Assembly: GCA_043228905.1 (NCBI GenBank)
Contig: JBHGNT010000017.1
Location: forward strand, 7,626,001 to 7,690,000
Reading direction: 5' to 3'
Source of the DNA: Azolla caroliniana
Taxonomy: Eukaryota > Plantae > Polypodiophyta
DNA length: 64,000 nucleotides
Shown here: positions 12,817-25,709 of the stretch, one piece after another
Numbering within the stretch: position 1 is the stretch's first letter
Layout: the number at the start of each line of letters is the position of its first letter
Program-made: the position numbers and the translations under genes
The notes under the pieces: model-generated
Seen by the model: the letters and a program-made list of their open reading frames with translations, nothing else
The model's database searches: none
What the model was told of the DNA's origin: nothing

Positions 12817-14758
12817 AACTCCCCCTTCACTCCGGCATGGGGTGTCTTACTAGTCCGATTCTCTTCCGGCATGCATCTAGCTTGTCGGGTGTCGGCACTT
12901 TGGTCAGCATATCTGACCCGTTCTCGGCCGTGTGGATCTTTGTCAGTGCGAACTCCTGGTCATCTACTCTTTCCCGGATCCAGTGATACCTCCGCTGGAT
13001 ATGCTTCGTCCGGGAATGGTAGGCCGCATTCTTAGCAAGGTGGATGGCACTTTGACTGTCGCAATAGAGTCGGTATTCCTCTTGCCGTATACCGAGCTCA
13101 TCGATGAAGTCCTTCATCCATAAGATTTCCTTGCCGGCTTCCACAGCTGCCATGTACTCCGCCTCCGTGGTTGACAATGCAACCGTCTTCTGCAGCCTCG
13201 ACTGCCACGAAACAGCTCCCCCTGCATATGTCATCACATACCCAGATGTAGACCGGCTGTTATCCACATCAGCCGACATGTCCGAATCGGTGAAACCGTC
13301 CAGTTGAGGTTTTCCGGAGCCGAATCGGAGACACATATTTGAAGTGCCCTTCAAATACCGGAGTATCCACTTGACCGCGTTCCAGTGCTCCTTGCCGGGA
13401 TTGCTCATAAACCGGCTCACTACTCCGACTGCGTATCCAATGTCTGGTCGAGTACAAACCATTGCGTACATCAAGCTCCCGACGGCAGAGGCATATGGAA
13501 TCTTCATCATATCCGCCTTCTCTGCTTTCGTCTTCGGGCTTTGCTTGCCGGATAGCCTGCAGTTTGCCGGAAGTGTCGATCCGACCGGTTTCGCTTCTGA
13601 CATGTTGAATCGGTGAAGCACCTTTGTCACATACTTCTCCTGTGACAGCCATAGTTGCTTCTTTAACCGGTCCCGAATGATGTGCATCCCCAACATCTGT
13701 CTTGCCGGACCCAAGTCTTTCATTGAGAAGGTCCGGTTGAGAGCCTTCTTCAGCATCCGTATTTTGACTTGGTCACGTCCGACGATCAACATGTCATCCA
13801 CGTATAGGAGGAGTATTAGGAAGTCCCCTCCTTCGAACTTCTTCACAAACACGCAGTGATCGGCCTACGTCTTGTGGTACCCTTGATCGGTCATGAAGGA
13901 GTCGAACTTCCGGTACCATTGCCGGGGAGCCTGCTTCAGTCCGTACAGGCTCTTCTTCAACCGGCATACCAGGTGCTCCTTCCCTTTCTCCACAAATCCT
14001 TCCAGTTGCTGCATGTAGATCTCCTCTTCGAGGTCGCCGTGAAGGAATGCCGTCTTCACGTCCAGTTGCTCTACCTCGAGGTCCATGCTTGCTGCTATAC
14101 TCAGCACCGTCCGGATGGAGGTCATCTTTACTACTGGGGCAAATATCTCATCGAAGTCCATGCCCTTCTTTTGCTGGAACCCCTTCACCACGATCCTGGC
14201 TTTGTATCTCGGGGGGTTGCCGGCATCTCCCGGTTTCAACTTGTACACCCACTTGTTTCGGAGTGCCCGCTTTCCTTTCGGCAACTCCACCAATTCGTAT
14301 GTATGGTTCTTATGCAGGGAATCCATCTCGTCCTGCATGGCACTTAACCATCTTCGGCTGTGGGTGTCTTCCTTCACTTCTTCGAAGCTTTCCATCAGTC
14401 AGTAGAACATGCTCTGCATCCGGAAATCTCCGGGGGGCCCTTCTTTCTCTAAGAGGATATCTACGTCTTCAGGCTTCGGTAACCGGCTCCTCCATTTGCT
14501 CTTCATCCGAATCCGAATCGGGGTCTTGGCCGGTTCCGGTCTCAGCTTCCTCTACTTCTTCTTCTGCCGGTTCGGTATCCTCACCGTAACCGGTTGGTTC
14601 CTCGAGTGCTAACCGGTCTCTTGCTGGTTGGGTCTGCTCATCGTAGAGTCTATCCTTACCGGTCGACTCAGAGTTCATTATCTTCTTCTCCGACTCCCAG
14701 TCGGCGAGTGTCTTGTCCTCCATGAAGATAATATCTCGACTCCGGAATACCTTCTTTT

Positions 14759-17700
14759 TGTTGGGATTGCGGTCCCTCCGGATGGGATGTCCGGAGATGA
14801 ATGACGGCAAGCCCGGAGACCGTTACGGAGCCGGATGATGAAGAGTACCCGGCTACGGAGCCGGATGATGAAGAGTACCCGGCTACGGAGCCGGATGATG
14901 AAGACCCCGGCTACGGAGCCGGATGATGTATGTACCCGGAGCGAGATCCGGATGCGGGGACATATTTGTGAATATGTTTGCCAAGGGCCCCTTGAGGCTA
15001 TATTTGTAAATAGCCCGAAAGTCATATGCGTATAAATATGACTTAGGGCAAACAGTTTTACTGTTGTTGCTCATTTTCTGTTTTTCCACTTAGAGGGAGC
15101 GAAGTGAGAGCAGCCGAGAGAGAGAGAGAGAGAGAGAGAAACGAAGAGGTCGACGCCTCTGTGTAATACCGCCGCCTGTGGCGAGGACAGCGAGCTCAAG
15201 GTCGTCGCCTTGCAGCTCGCCATTGTATGTTCCAGTGTATAGTGGTAGTTGGAGTCGTGCACTCCCGTGGTTTTTCCCGTTTAGGGTTTTCCACGTTATA
15301 CCCTGTGTATTCATCTCTCTGTGTCTTTGTTTTTATTTTTCTGCTGCATTGATCCGTGTTGTCTCGGTTGTGGCCGAGAGGCGAAAGATTTGATAGCGTC
15401 AATTCTTTACAAAGTGGTATCAGAGCGACGATAACATAGAAGATGGAAGGCGGCGGTAGCGGGCAGCCGGGAATGATGGTGCTGAATGCGCAGAATTACG
15501 CCGACTGGAAGATCAAGATGGAGGATCTTCTGATTGTTCGGGACCTGTACGAACCGATTGACAGGTCGGAAATACCGAAGGGAGTACTTGAGTCGGAGTG
15601 GAAGCTCCTGAACCGGAAAGCAGTAGCGACGATCCGGCAATATGTCGATGTAAGTGTCCTGCAACATGTGGCGAACGATACGAACGCCTATGAGATGTGG
15701 AAGAAGCTGTCGGGCCTCTATGAGAGGAAGAATGCGTTGAACCGGACCTCCCTGATGAGAAAGATAGTGAACCTCAAGTACCGGGACGGCGAGAGTATGG
15801 TGGAACACGTAAGCACGTTCATGGGATTCGTGAACCAGCTTGCGGCGATCAAGTTCCCGTTGGAGGATGCAATGCAAGCCATCATCCTGATGTGTACATT
15901 GCCGGACAGCTGGGAGAATTTGGTGGTGACTCTCAGCACCTCCTGCACGGAAGACAACTTGTCCCTACAAACGGTAAAGACAAGTATTCTAAATGAAGAA
16001 GCGCGTCGGAGAGATAAAGAACCGGCCTCCGACTCGAAGGCGCTGCTTACCGAATCGGAACGGGGAAGACACTGGAACCGGAGTCCGCAAAGACGGGAGA
16101 AGTCGGGGACCCGGTCGCAGTCAAGAGGAAGACCCATTTGCTTCCACTGTGGGAAGCCGGGGCACTTCCGGAAGAATTGTCGGCATTACCGAAAGGACAA
16201 CGGAGCCGACGACGCCGATTCGAAGAAGTCACCGGAGAGAAACGGTGCATACCGGGGAGCCACGGACCGGAGAGGTCCGGATCGGCGAGGGCAGGACCGG
16301 AAAGGAACGACGGCACTCGCGGCAAGTGAAGAAGAGATAATGCTCATTACCGAAGAGAGGGAGCTGAACCTTGCCGGCGTAGAGATGACCTGGGTGGTCG
16401 ATTCCGGAGCGTCGTTCCACCTGACCCCGGAGAAGAAATACTTCTCATCCTACACAGCCGGTGAACATGGCTGTGTCCGGATGGGAAATGAAGGCACATG
16501 CCGGATTGCCGGCATAGGAGACGTGTGGCTGATGACATCAACCGGATGCAAGATGCTGCTGAAGGATGTGCGACACGTTCCGGAGGTCCGATTGAACCTG
16601 ATCTCGGCCGGGAGGCTAGATGATGAAGGCTACACGGGTAGCATCCGGAACGGTGTCATGAAGTTCAGCAAGGGGAGCCTGATAGTGGCTCGGGCCCGGA
16701 AGGTCAACACACTGTACCTGATGAATTCCCGGCTATGTCCGGAGGAGCTGAACGTGGCAGCCGACACTGCCGGTGAGCTGTGGCACAAGAGACTGTGCCA
16801 CATGAGTGAGAAGGGGATGAAGAGGCTTGTAGAAGACAACCTCATTCCAGTGAAGCATGTGCACCTGGAGAAGTGCACCGATTGCCTGGCCGGTAAGCAG
16901 AACCGAACCTCCTTCCACTCAAGGCCACCGACGAGACGTAGCGCACCCTTGGAGCTGGTGCACACTGATGTGTGTCAGGTAGAAACGAAGTCACATGGCG
17001 GAGCCCAGTACTTCGTGACATTCATTGATGATCACAGCCGGAAGCTGTGGACGGCACCGTTGAAGACAAAGGACCAAGTGTTGTCCGTCTTCAGAGAACT
17101 CCACGCGAGAGTGGAAAGAGAATCCGGCAAGAAGCTGAAAGCGATACGAGCGGATAACGGAGGGGAATACCGGGGGCAGTTCCAGGAGTACTGTCGCTCG
17201 AAGGGAATCCGGCTCGAGTTTACTGTGCCGAAGACGCCGGAACTGAACGGGCTGGCCGAGAGGATGAACCGGACCATAATGGAGAGGGTCCGGAGTATGC
17301 TAGCGCATGCGAAACTACCCAAGGGATTTTGGGCTGAGGCAATGTCGACGGCGACGTATGTGATAAATAGATCACCCTCAGTACCTTTGGACGGAGACAC
17401 GCCGCAGAAAGTGTGGACCGGTAAGGAAGTGTCCTACCGGCATCTGAAGGTGTTCGGGTGTCTCACATACGTGCATGTGGCAAAGGACCGGAGAGGAAAG
17501 TTAGATCCAAAGACCCGGCCATGCATATTCCTCGGTTACGGCGACGACGAGTTCGGCTACCGAGTATGGGACCCGGTCGACAAGAAGATATTCAGGAGTC
17601 GAGATATCATTTTCATGGAGGACAAGACGCTCGCCGACTGGGAGTCGGAGAAGAAGATGAAGAGCTCCAAGTCGACCGGTGAGGATAAACTCTACGAGGA

Positions 17701-20157
17701 GCAGTCCCGACCGGCAAGGGACCGGTTAACACTCGAAGACCCGGCCGAAGACGGTGAAGAAACAGAACCGGCTGAAGAAGATGAAAATGATACCGGAACC
17801 GGCCCCGATCCCGAAATGGATTCGGATGAAGAAGAAGAATCGGAAGAACCGGTTACCGAAGCTCCCGAACGGAGATATCCTCTAAGAGAGAGAAGGGCCC
17901 CCCGGAGATTTCCGGAACCAGAGCACGTGCTGCTAACCGACGAGGGGGAACCGGAGAGCTTTGAAGAAGCAAAGCACGACACCCAGAGCCGCAGGTGGTT
18001 AAGTGCCATGCAGGACGAGATGGATTCCCTGCATGAGAACCACACATATGAACTTGTGGAGTTGCCGAAAGGAAAGCGGGCACTTCGAAACAAGTGGGTG
18101 TTCAAGCTGAAACCGGGAGATGCCGGAAACCCCCCGAGATACAAAGCCCGGATCGTGGTGAAGGGGTTTCAGCAGAAGAAGGGCGTCGACTTCGACGAGA
18201 TATTTGCCCCGGTAGTGAAGATGACCTCCATCCGGACGGTGCTGAGCATAGCGGCAAGCATGGACCTCGAGGTAGAACAGATGGACGTGAAGACGGCATT
18301 CCTTCACGGTGACCTCGAAGAAGAGATCTACATGCAGCAACCGGAAGGATTCGAGAAGAAAGGGAAGGAGCACCTGGTATGCCGGTTGAAGAAGAGCCTT
18401 TACGGACTGAAGCAGGCTCCCCGGCAATGGTACCGGAAGTTCGACTCCTTCATGACCGACGAAGGGTACCTCAAAACGCAGTCTGACCACTGCGTGTTTG
18501 TGAAGAAGTTCGAAGGAGGAGACTTTCTAATACTCCTCCTGTACGTGGACGACATGTTGATCGTCGGACGGGACCAGGTAAAGATACGGATGCTGAAGAA
18601 GGCTCTTCACCGAACCTTCTCAATGAAGGACCTGGGTCCGGCGAGGCAAATACTAGGGATGCACATCATCCGGGACCGGAAGAAGAAGCAGTTGTGGCTG
18701 TCACAGGAGAGTTCAACATGTCGGAAGCAAGACCGGTCGGATCGACCCTCCCGGCAAACTGCAAGCTGTCCAGCAAGCAATGTCCCAAGACAAAAGCTGA
18801 AAAGGAGGATATGATGAAAGTACCGTATGCCTCAGCCGTCGGGAGCTTGATGTACGCCATGGTGTGTACGAGACCGGATATAGGATATGCAGTCGGAGTG
18901 GTGAGCCGGTACATGAGCAATCCCGGCAAAGAGCATTGGAACGCGGTCAAGTGGATACTCCGATACCTGAAGGGCACAGCGAATGTGTGCCTCCGATTCG
19001 GCTCCGGTAAGCCCGAACTCGACGGCTTCACCGATTCGGATATGTCGGCTGATGCAGATACCAGCCGGTCCACATCAGGGTATGTGATGACGTATGCAGG
19101 GGGAGCCGTTTCGTGGCAGTCGAGGCTGCAGAAGACGGTTGCGTTGTCAACCACGGAGGCGGAGTACATGGCAGCTGTTGAAGCCGGCAAGGAAGTAATA
19201 TGGATGAAGGACTTCATTAGAGAGCTCGGTATCCGGCAGGAGGAGTACCGACTCTACTGCGACAGTCAGAGTGCAATCCACCTTGCGAAGAACGCGGCCT
19301 ATCACTCCCGGACGAAGCACATCCAGCGAAGATATCACTGGATCCGGGAAAGGATAGAAGACAAGGAGTTCGTGCTGACGAAGGTCCACACGGACGAGAA
19401 CGGGTCGGATATGCTGACCAAGGTGCTCACACCCGACAAGCTGGAAGCATGCCGGAAGAGGATCGGATTGGAGAGACATCCCATGCCGAAGTGAAGGGGG
19501 AGTTTGTTGGGATTGCGGTCCCTCCGGATGGGATGTCCGGAGATGAATGACGGCAAGCCCGGAGACCGTTACGGAGCCGGATGATGAAGAGTACCCGGCT
19601 ACGGAGCCGGATGATGAAGAGTACCCGGCTACGGAGCCGGATGATGAAGACCCCGGCTACGGAGCCGGATGATGTATGTACCCGGAGCGAGATCCGGATG
19701 CGGGGACATATTTGTGAATATGTTTGCCAAGGGCCCCTTGAGGCTATATTTGTAAATAGCCCGAAAGTCATATGCGTATAAATATGACTTAGGGCAAACA
19801 GTTTTACTGTTGTTGCTCATTTTCTGTTTTTCCACTTAGAGGGAGCGAAGTGAGAGCAGCCGAGAGAGAGAGAGAGAGAGAGAGAAACGAAGAGGTCGAC
19901 GCCTCTGTGTAATACCGCCGCCTGTGGCGAGGACAGCGAGCTCAAGGTCGTCGCCTTGCAGCTCGCCATTGTATGTTCCAGTGTATAGTGGTAGTTGGAG
20001 TCGTGCACTCCCGTGGTTTTTCCCGTTTAGGGTTTTCCACGTTATACCCTGTGTATTCATCTCTCTGTGTCTTTGTTTTTATTTTTCTGCTGCATTGATC
20101 CGTGTTGTCTCGGTTGTGGCCGAGAGGCGAAAGATTTGATAGCGTCAATTCTTTACA
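14759..20157 (+). mobile_element. Copia B: Ty1/Copia (Tnt1/Tork-like), very recent insertion into Copia A
   Basis: Two 653-bp LTRs (14759-15411, 19505-20157) that appear identical; TSD CTTTT; PBS TGGTATCAGAGC 15415-15426; PPT 19494-19502. Confidence 0.97.
15443..19494 (+). pseudogene. Copia B gag-pol with one frameshifting 25-nt deletion at 18710/18711
   Basis: 1123-aa ORF (gag, CCHC, PR, IN, RT LYVDD) plus 266-aa ORF (RT end, RNase H); AGTACGTGACAAAGGTGCTTCACCG present in Copia C is missing. Confidence 0.93.
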
Positions 20158-22295
20158 CTTTTCGACCGGGTCCCACACTCGGTAGCCGAACTCATCGTCA
20201 CCGTCACCGAGGAATATGCATGGCCGGGTCTTTGGATCTAACTTTCCTCTCCAGTCCTTTGCTACATGCACGTACGCGAGACACCCGAACACCTTCAGAT
20301 GCCGGTAGGACACTTCCTTACCGGTCCATACTCTCTGTGGCGTGTCTCCGTCCAAGGGTACTGAGGGTGATCTGTTTATCATATATGTCGCCGTCGACAG
20401 TGCCTCAACCCAAAACTTCTTGGGTAGTTTTGCATGCGCTAGCATACTCCGAACCCTCTCCATTATGGTCCGGTTCATCCTCTCGGCCAGTCCGTTTAGT
20501 TCCGGCGTCTTCGGCACGGTAAATTCGAGCCGGATTCCCTTCGAGCGGCAGTACTCCTCGAACTACCCCCGGTACTCTCCTCCGTTATCTGCTCGAACCG
20601 CCTTCAGCTTCCGGCCGGTTTCTCTTTCCACTCTCGCGTGGAGCTCTTTGAAGACGGATAACACCTGATCCTTCGTCTTCAGCGGTGTGGCCCACAGCTT
20701 CCGGGTGTGGTCATCTATAAACGTCACGAAGTACTGCGCTCCGGCATGTGACTTCGTGTCTACTTGACACACATCAGTATGCACCAACTCCAGTGGTGCA
20801 TTACGTCTCATCGGTGGCCTTGATCGGAAGGAGGTCCGGTTCTGCTTACCGGCCAAACAATCAGTGCACTTCTACAAGTGCACGTTCTTCACTGGAATGA
20901 GGTTGTCGTCTGCAAGCCTCTTCATCCCCTTCTCGCTCATATGACACAGCCTCTTGTGCCACAGCTCACCGACAGTGTCGGATGCCACGTTCACTTCTTC
21001 CGGACATAACCGGGCATTCATCAGGTACAACGTGTTTACCTTCCGGGCCCGAGCCACAATCAGGCTCCCTTTGCTGAACTTCATGACACCGTTCCGGATG
21101 CTACCCGTGTAGCCTTCATCATCTAGCCGACCGGCTGATATCAGGTTCAGACAAACCTCCGGAACGTGTCGGACATCCTTAAGCAGCAACTTGCATCCGG
21201 TTGGTGTTGTTAGCCACACGTCTCCTATGCCGACGATTCGGCACGTACCTTCATTTCCCATCCGAACACAGCCTTGGTCACCGGCTGAGTAGGATGCGAA
21301 GCATTTCCGGTCCGGGGTAAGGTGGAACGACGCTCCGGAGTCAACCACCCAGTTCATCTCGTCGCCGGCAAGGTTTATTTCACTCTCCTCGGTGATGAGC
21401 ATCAACTCTTCTTCACTTGCCGCGATTGCCGTCGTTCCCTTCCGGTCCGGCCCCCTCCAGTCTTTACTGTTCCGGTCCGAGGTTTGCTTCGAATCTGTAC
21501 CGTCGGTTTCCTTGTCTTTACGGAAATGCCGACAGTTCTTTTGGTAGTGACCCGGCTTGCCGCAATAGAAGCAAGTAGGCCTCCCCCTTGACTTTGACCG
21601 TGTCCCCGACTTCTCCCGGTTCTGGGGACTACGATTTCTATGTCTTCCGCGTTCTGATTCGGTAAGGAGCGCTTTGGAGTCGGAGCTCGTATCTTTGTCT
21701 TTCCGACGCGCCTCGTCATCTAGCAAGCTCAACTTTACTCTTGCTAGGGATAACCGTTTTCCTTCCAGCCCGGCGTTGCCCAAAGTGACAACCAACGTCT
21801 CCCTGCTATCCGGGAGGGAACCGAGCAGGAGTAGCGCTAGTACCTCGTCGGCAAGAGGTACTTCCAATGACATTGCCTGGTGTATCAGCCCCTGGAAGGC
21901 ATTCATGTGCTCCGCCATGCTGGAGCCATCTTGGTACCGGAGTCTTACTAGCTTCCAGAATACCGACACCTGATTGACAGCATTTTTGTTCTGGAACATT
22001 ATGCCGATCTTCTCCCAGAGCTCATGAGCCTTGCTCTCTTCATTGAAGTTGTTGTATAGGCTCATGTCGATGAAGCACCGTATGTACGCCGTTGTCTTCA
22101 TGTGCATCACCTCCCATATCGCGGCGTCGATTTTGTCCGGTCTCTTGTCCCCGAACTGAACCGGCAGCCAGAGGTCTTTAACCACGAGCATGTCCCTCAT
22201 CTTCGACTTCCACACTGAGTAGTTGGAGCCGGTGAGCTTGAACATGCCGCCAAATGATTCGTCCATTTTCTGTGTCGTTTCGCTCTGATACCACT

Positions 22296-22951
22296 TGACG
22301 GGAACTTGTCGTTCCTTATGTCCAACGCTCGGCCACAACCGAGATTCTTTTCATACACAGAAAATAGGAAATAGAACACGACACAAAGAAGAGAAATAAG
22401 AGAAATGGTACACAGGAGGTTAACGTGGAAAACCCCAAACTAGGGGAAAAACCACGGCAGCCCACAGGCTGCAAACTGTCACTATGTATGAATGTACAAA
22501 ACAGTGAGTACACGGAGGCAATGACCTCGGACTCACGATCTTCGCCACAGGCGGCGGTTACAACAGAGGCAATGACCTCGTTCTCTCTCTCTCTCTCTCT
22601 GTATAGTTATGCGCTCTCTCTTCTTCTTGCACCAACAAGGAAAAATTACAACTAAAACATATTAGTTTGCCCTAAGTCATATTTATACTAATATGACTTT
22701 TCGGCTATTTACAAATATAGCCACAATGGGCTCTCAGAAACATATTTACGAATATGTCTCTTCCTCCGGTTCATAACGGGCCTGCACCATCCGGCTCTCC
22801 GTAGCCGGGTACTCCTCATCCGGTTCATACCGGGCCTGTATCATCCGGCTCTCCGTAGCCGGGTACTCCTCATACCGTTTCGGCCTCGGCCGAGTCTATT
22901 CGTCGGCACTGTTCTTCTCCCTTCCCATCCGGAGGGACCTGTCTCCCAACA
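22296..22951 (-). repeat. 5' LTR of Copia A
   Basis: Matches 12039-12816 apart from repeat copy number; adjacent to tRNA-iMet PBS. Confidence 0.93.
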
Positions 22952-22956
22952 ATACA

Positions 22957-24858
22957 TTCCCGAAGAACCTCTAACTTTGTGGGTGAAAGGTTATAAATTG
23001 GCCCCCATGGAGGCTCTTTTCCGGGCTGCAAATCAATCGGGCAATCATATGGTCGATGCTCTGGTAGTCTATTGGCCTTCACCTTATCAAAAAATCGGAG
23101 AATTCTATATATTTCTTCGGTAGTTGGACCCCTGATTCTTGTGAGCTCGATGTGGGAGTTGCTAAAACTACGAACACCAACATGTCTTCCTTTCGTCCTT
23201 CCTCACGTAATTGATGTATAGAGATTGTCGAAATCTTTTGGAATGTCATATCCTTTGTTGGAGTTTTAAGAGGCTCAGAATGTATTGTGACTTCTTCGAT
23301 GGTTCTTTTTCTCCAATCAATAGTTGGGTTATGTAGCTCAAACCATGGAAGACCAAGAACTAGGGAGTGCTCTGGACTACTAATGATGTTGAATGAGATG
23401 ACACTAGCCAAATTGCCTAGGACTACATGAATTGGTTCAGACTCTTCAACTATATCACCTGATGCTATGGGGCGTCCATCAATGACTCCGACTGACACTG
23501 GGCTTGGGAGCTTATGCAACTGAATATTATGCATTACAGCAAACTCACGATCCATGAAACAAGAGTTGGCTCCAGAGTCTAAGAGGGCAGAAGTTGGGAC
23601 TCGATGGCACCTAGATGTGTTAAGCTCAACTTGTGCAGAGAAAACTCGACTAACTTGATCGGATGAAATGGAACCACAACTAGGGACGGAAGTTACATGC
23701 CTAGGGTTGTCCAACCAAATGGCTCTGATTTTGGCTGGACTTACTTGTTTAACACATCATCTAATTGGCTCAAGACATCAAATGTATTTTTATGACAGGG
23801 ACTACCAGGCCTACTTGGGTTACGAGAAGGCGGGGCAGAAATTGAGATGGGATTGTCATGAGCACTTACTTGGTTAACTTGTCGTCGTAGTTTATGTGGA
23901 CAATTCACAGCAATATGCCCTAGACCACCACAATAGAGGCATAGACGATTCGCTCGCCGTCGTTGCTTTTCAGCATTCAATAATGGTCCTCGACGTCGTG
24001 TTGTCTCGATTTCCATTGGAGTAGGGCCTTCCACCACACTTGACTTTGATACTTGGGGTGGAGTTGCAACCACCGAAGCATATGTTTCTGTTGGTCGAAA
24101 ACGTAACATTTGTTGGCGCTCAGAACGCCACTCAAATAAGCGATTGTCACATCGCACGGCCCGGCTTACTGCTTCAGTAAGAGATTTTGGATCATCATGG
24201 AAGGTAAGAAGTAAATCCTTCACATCATTGCGCAGACCTTGAAGAAATTGGTCCATTAATGCTGCCTCATCCCATGGAATATCACATGCTAGAAGGCGAA
24301 AATCTACAGCATAAGCGGAAGCAGGACGATCTCCTTGTCGTAATCGCCAAATTTTGTTTATTGCAGTCCTCATACTATCAGTGTCTCCAAAGTTGTCTTG
24401 GAACTCATTAATAAACCCTTCAAAATCTTCTAATAATGGTGAGTGCTTCTCTAGGAGTGGTGCAAACCACACTAATGCGGTACCCGTTAACAAGGTACCA
24501 ACTAGACCCACACGAGCAATATCAGTTGGGTAACGGCTAGGATGCAATTTAATCACAAGCCGTACCTGATTTAAAAATCCACGAAACTGAGACCTTGTAC
24601 CATCAAACTTGCCCGGCAGACTAATCTTGGGTTCCTTCGGCGAGGTTTGAACTTCCGCCGCTTGTCGTTGCAATAGAGTAGTCTCCAATTGATGCACCCG
24701 TTGAGATAATTCTTCATATTGTGTACTTTTTCAGCACTTACTTGTTGTAGGTCTCCCAACAATCTTTGATTTTCATGCTCTAGTGCCACGAATTTGGTTG
24801 TTAGTATTTCGAGCTCGGAGAGAACACGCATATATTCTTGCTTGCTGATGGACTCCAT
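22957..24858 (-). pseudogene. gag: G1b gag and protease
   Basis: gag 24858-23741 (frameshift near 24700; KFDGTRSQFRGF; CLYCGGLGHIAVNC); protease LDSGA in 23714-23079. Confidence 0.9.
23709..23753 (-). promoter_or_regulatory. Putative -1 ribosomal frameshift signal (gag/pol) of G1b
   Basis: G TTA AAC heptamer just before the gag stop, 6-nt spacer, 11-bp stem GTCCAGCCAAA/TTTGGTTGGAC; -1 frame open into the protease ORF. Confidence 0.7.
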
Positions 24859-24938
24859 AGTTGCGATAGAAAATTGCTAGATTTGGTTGAATAAGGTTAA
24901 GATAAGAAGAAGAAGTTGGAGAAGAAGAAAAGAGATAG

Positions 24939-24949
24939 ATTCGGTTCAA
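24939..24949 (-). other. Self-priming PBS of G1b (Tf1-type)
   Basis: TTGAACCGAAT, 2 nt inside the 5' LTR, is complementary to ATTCGGTTCAA at 25138-25128, ~26 nt downstream of TATAAATA. Confidence 0.8.
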
Positions 24950-24951
24950 AC

Positions 24952-25012
24952 TGTCGTGACTTGAGAATAGGAGAGAAAAAAATAAGATGACAGTAGAAGG
25001 TAGAGGGAGAGA

Positions 25013-25044
<32 letters not shown>

Positions 25045-25408
25045 AAGAACACTAGAGATGGAAAGAGAGTTTATATTATAAGAGAGCAAGGATTACAAAG
25101 AGTAGGCTAAGGGGCTACAAACTGGTGTTGAACCGAATGAGTTGTGATAAATGAATAGACACCTATTTATAGGTCCTTATGGAGTATTCTGGAAAGTTCT
25201 AGAATATTTTAGATATTTATGATATTTAATATAATCATGGAATATCCTAGAATGTTCTAGAATACTCTAAATGTCTTGTAATAACTAATAATACATTTAT
25301 TATAACTATACGTCATATATGTTAGTATAATGGTTAAAGGTCTAACATATAGACCAAGACGTCTTGAGCTCGAATCCTTGTAAGGCCAAAATGTATGTCG
25401 TCATGATA
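24952..25408 (-). repeat. 5' LTR of G1b
   Basis: Copy of 8914-9352 with a longer (GA)n tract; TATAAATA at 25171-25164. Confidence 0.93.
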
Positions 25409-25709
25409 GTTGGAAAGATATTCCGCGTAGGAATATATTTGGGAGTTAGTGTAGAGCTCAGTTATGAGCATTGAAGTACGTATCAGTACTTCAATCAGTT
25501 CGTATGGACTTGTATAAAAGTTCTCACTGAGTACATCCTATGTACAGATTGAGTATTGTTTTTGAATTGAGTTTGTGTGCATTCTCTCTCTCTCTCTCTC
25601 TCTCTCTCTATGTCTGACTCTCGTGAGTATTGTGTATATTCAAGCTCTCCATTAAACCTACGTTTCTGTGTTTGGTTTTCTATTGCTTCTGCACGCTATT
25701 CTTTTTACA

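Larger units (their letters stand above)
12827..22266 (-). pseudogene. Copia A gag-pol, interrupted by stops, a frameshift and the Copia B insertion
   Basis: Fragments: gag/PR 22266-20872 (CFYCGKPGHYQKNC, WVVDSGAS), IN 20856-20160, RT 14395-13865, RT/RNase H 13852-12827 (LYVDD, TDSD). Confidence 0.92.
12039..22951 (-). mobile_element. Copia A: Ty1/Copia (Tnt1/Tork-like), inserted in G1b pol, degenerate
   Basis: LTRs 22296-22951 (5') and 12039-12816 (3'); TSD ATACA (12034-12038 / 22952-22956); PBS TGGTATCAGAGC at 22293-22282; PPT AGGGGGAG near 12826-12819. Confidence 0.95.
8914..25408 (-). mobile_element. G1b: Ty3/Gypsy chromovirus (Tcn1-like), full length, degenerate, inserted in the C1 5' LTR
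   Basis: Near-identical LTRs 8914-9352 and 24952-25408; TSD GTTGG (8909-8913 / 25409-25413); PPT at 9353-9366; gag, protease, RT, IN and chromodomain fragments. Confidence 0.95.

Noticed and set aside
12466-12817. Repetitive ORFs in LTRs and arrays (also 14835, 19581, 44505-45201, 56681-57018)
   Set aside because: Translations of non-coding tandem repeats; no domain evidence
15407-19479. Many antisense and alternate-frame ORFs over Copia and Gypsy pol genes
   Set aside because: Expected shadows of GC-rich coding sequence; no recognisable motifs
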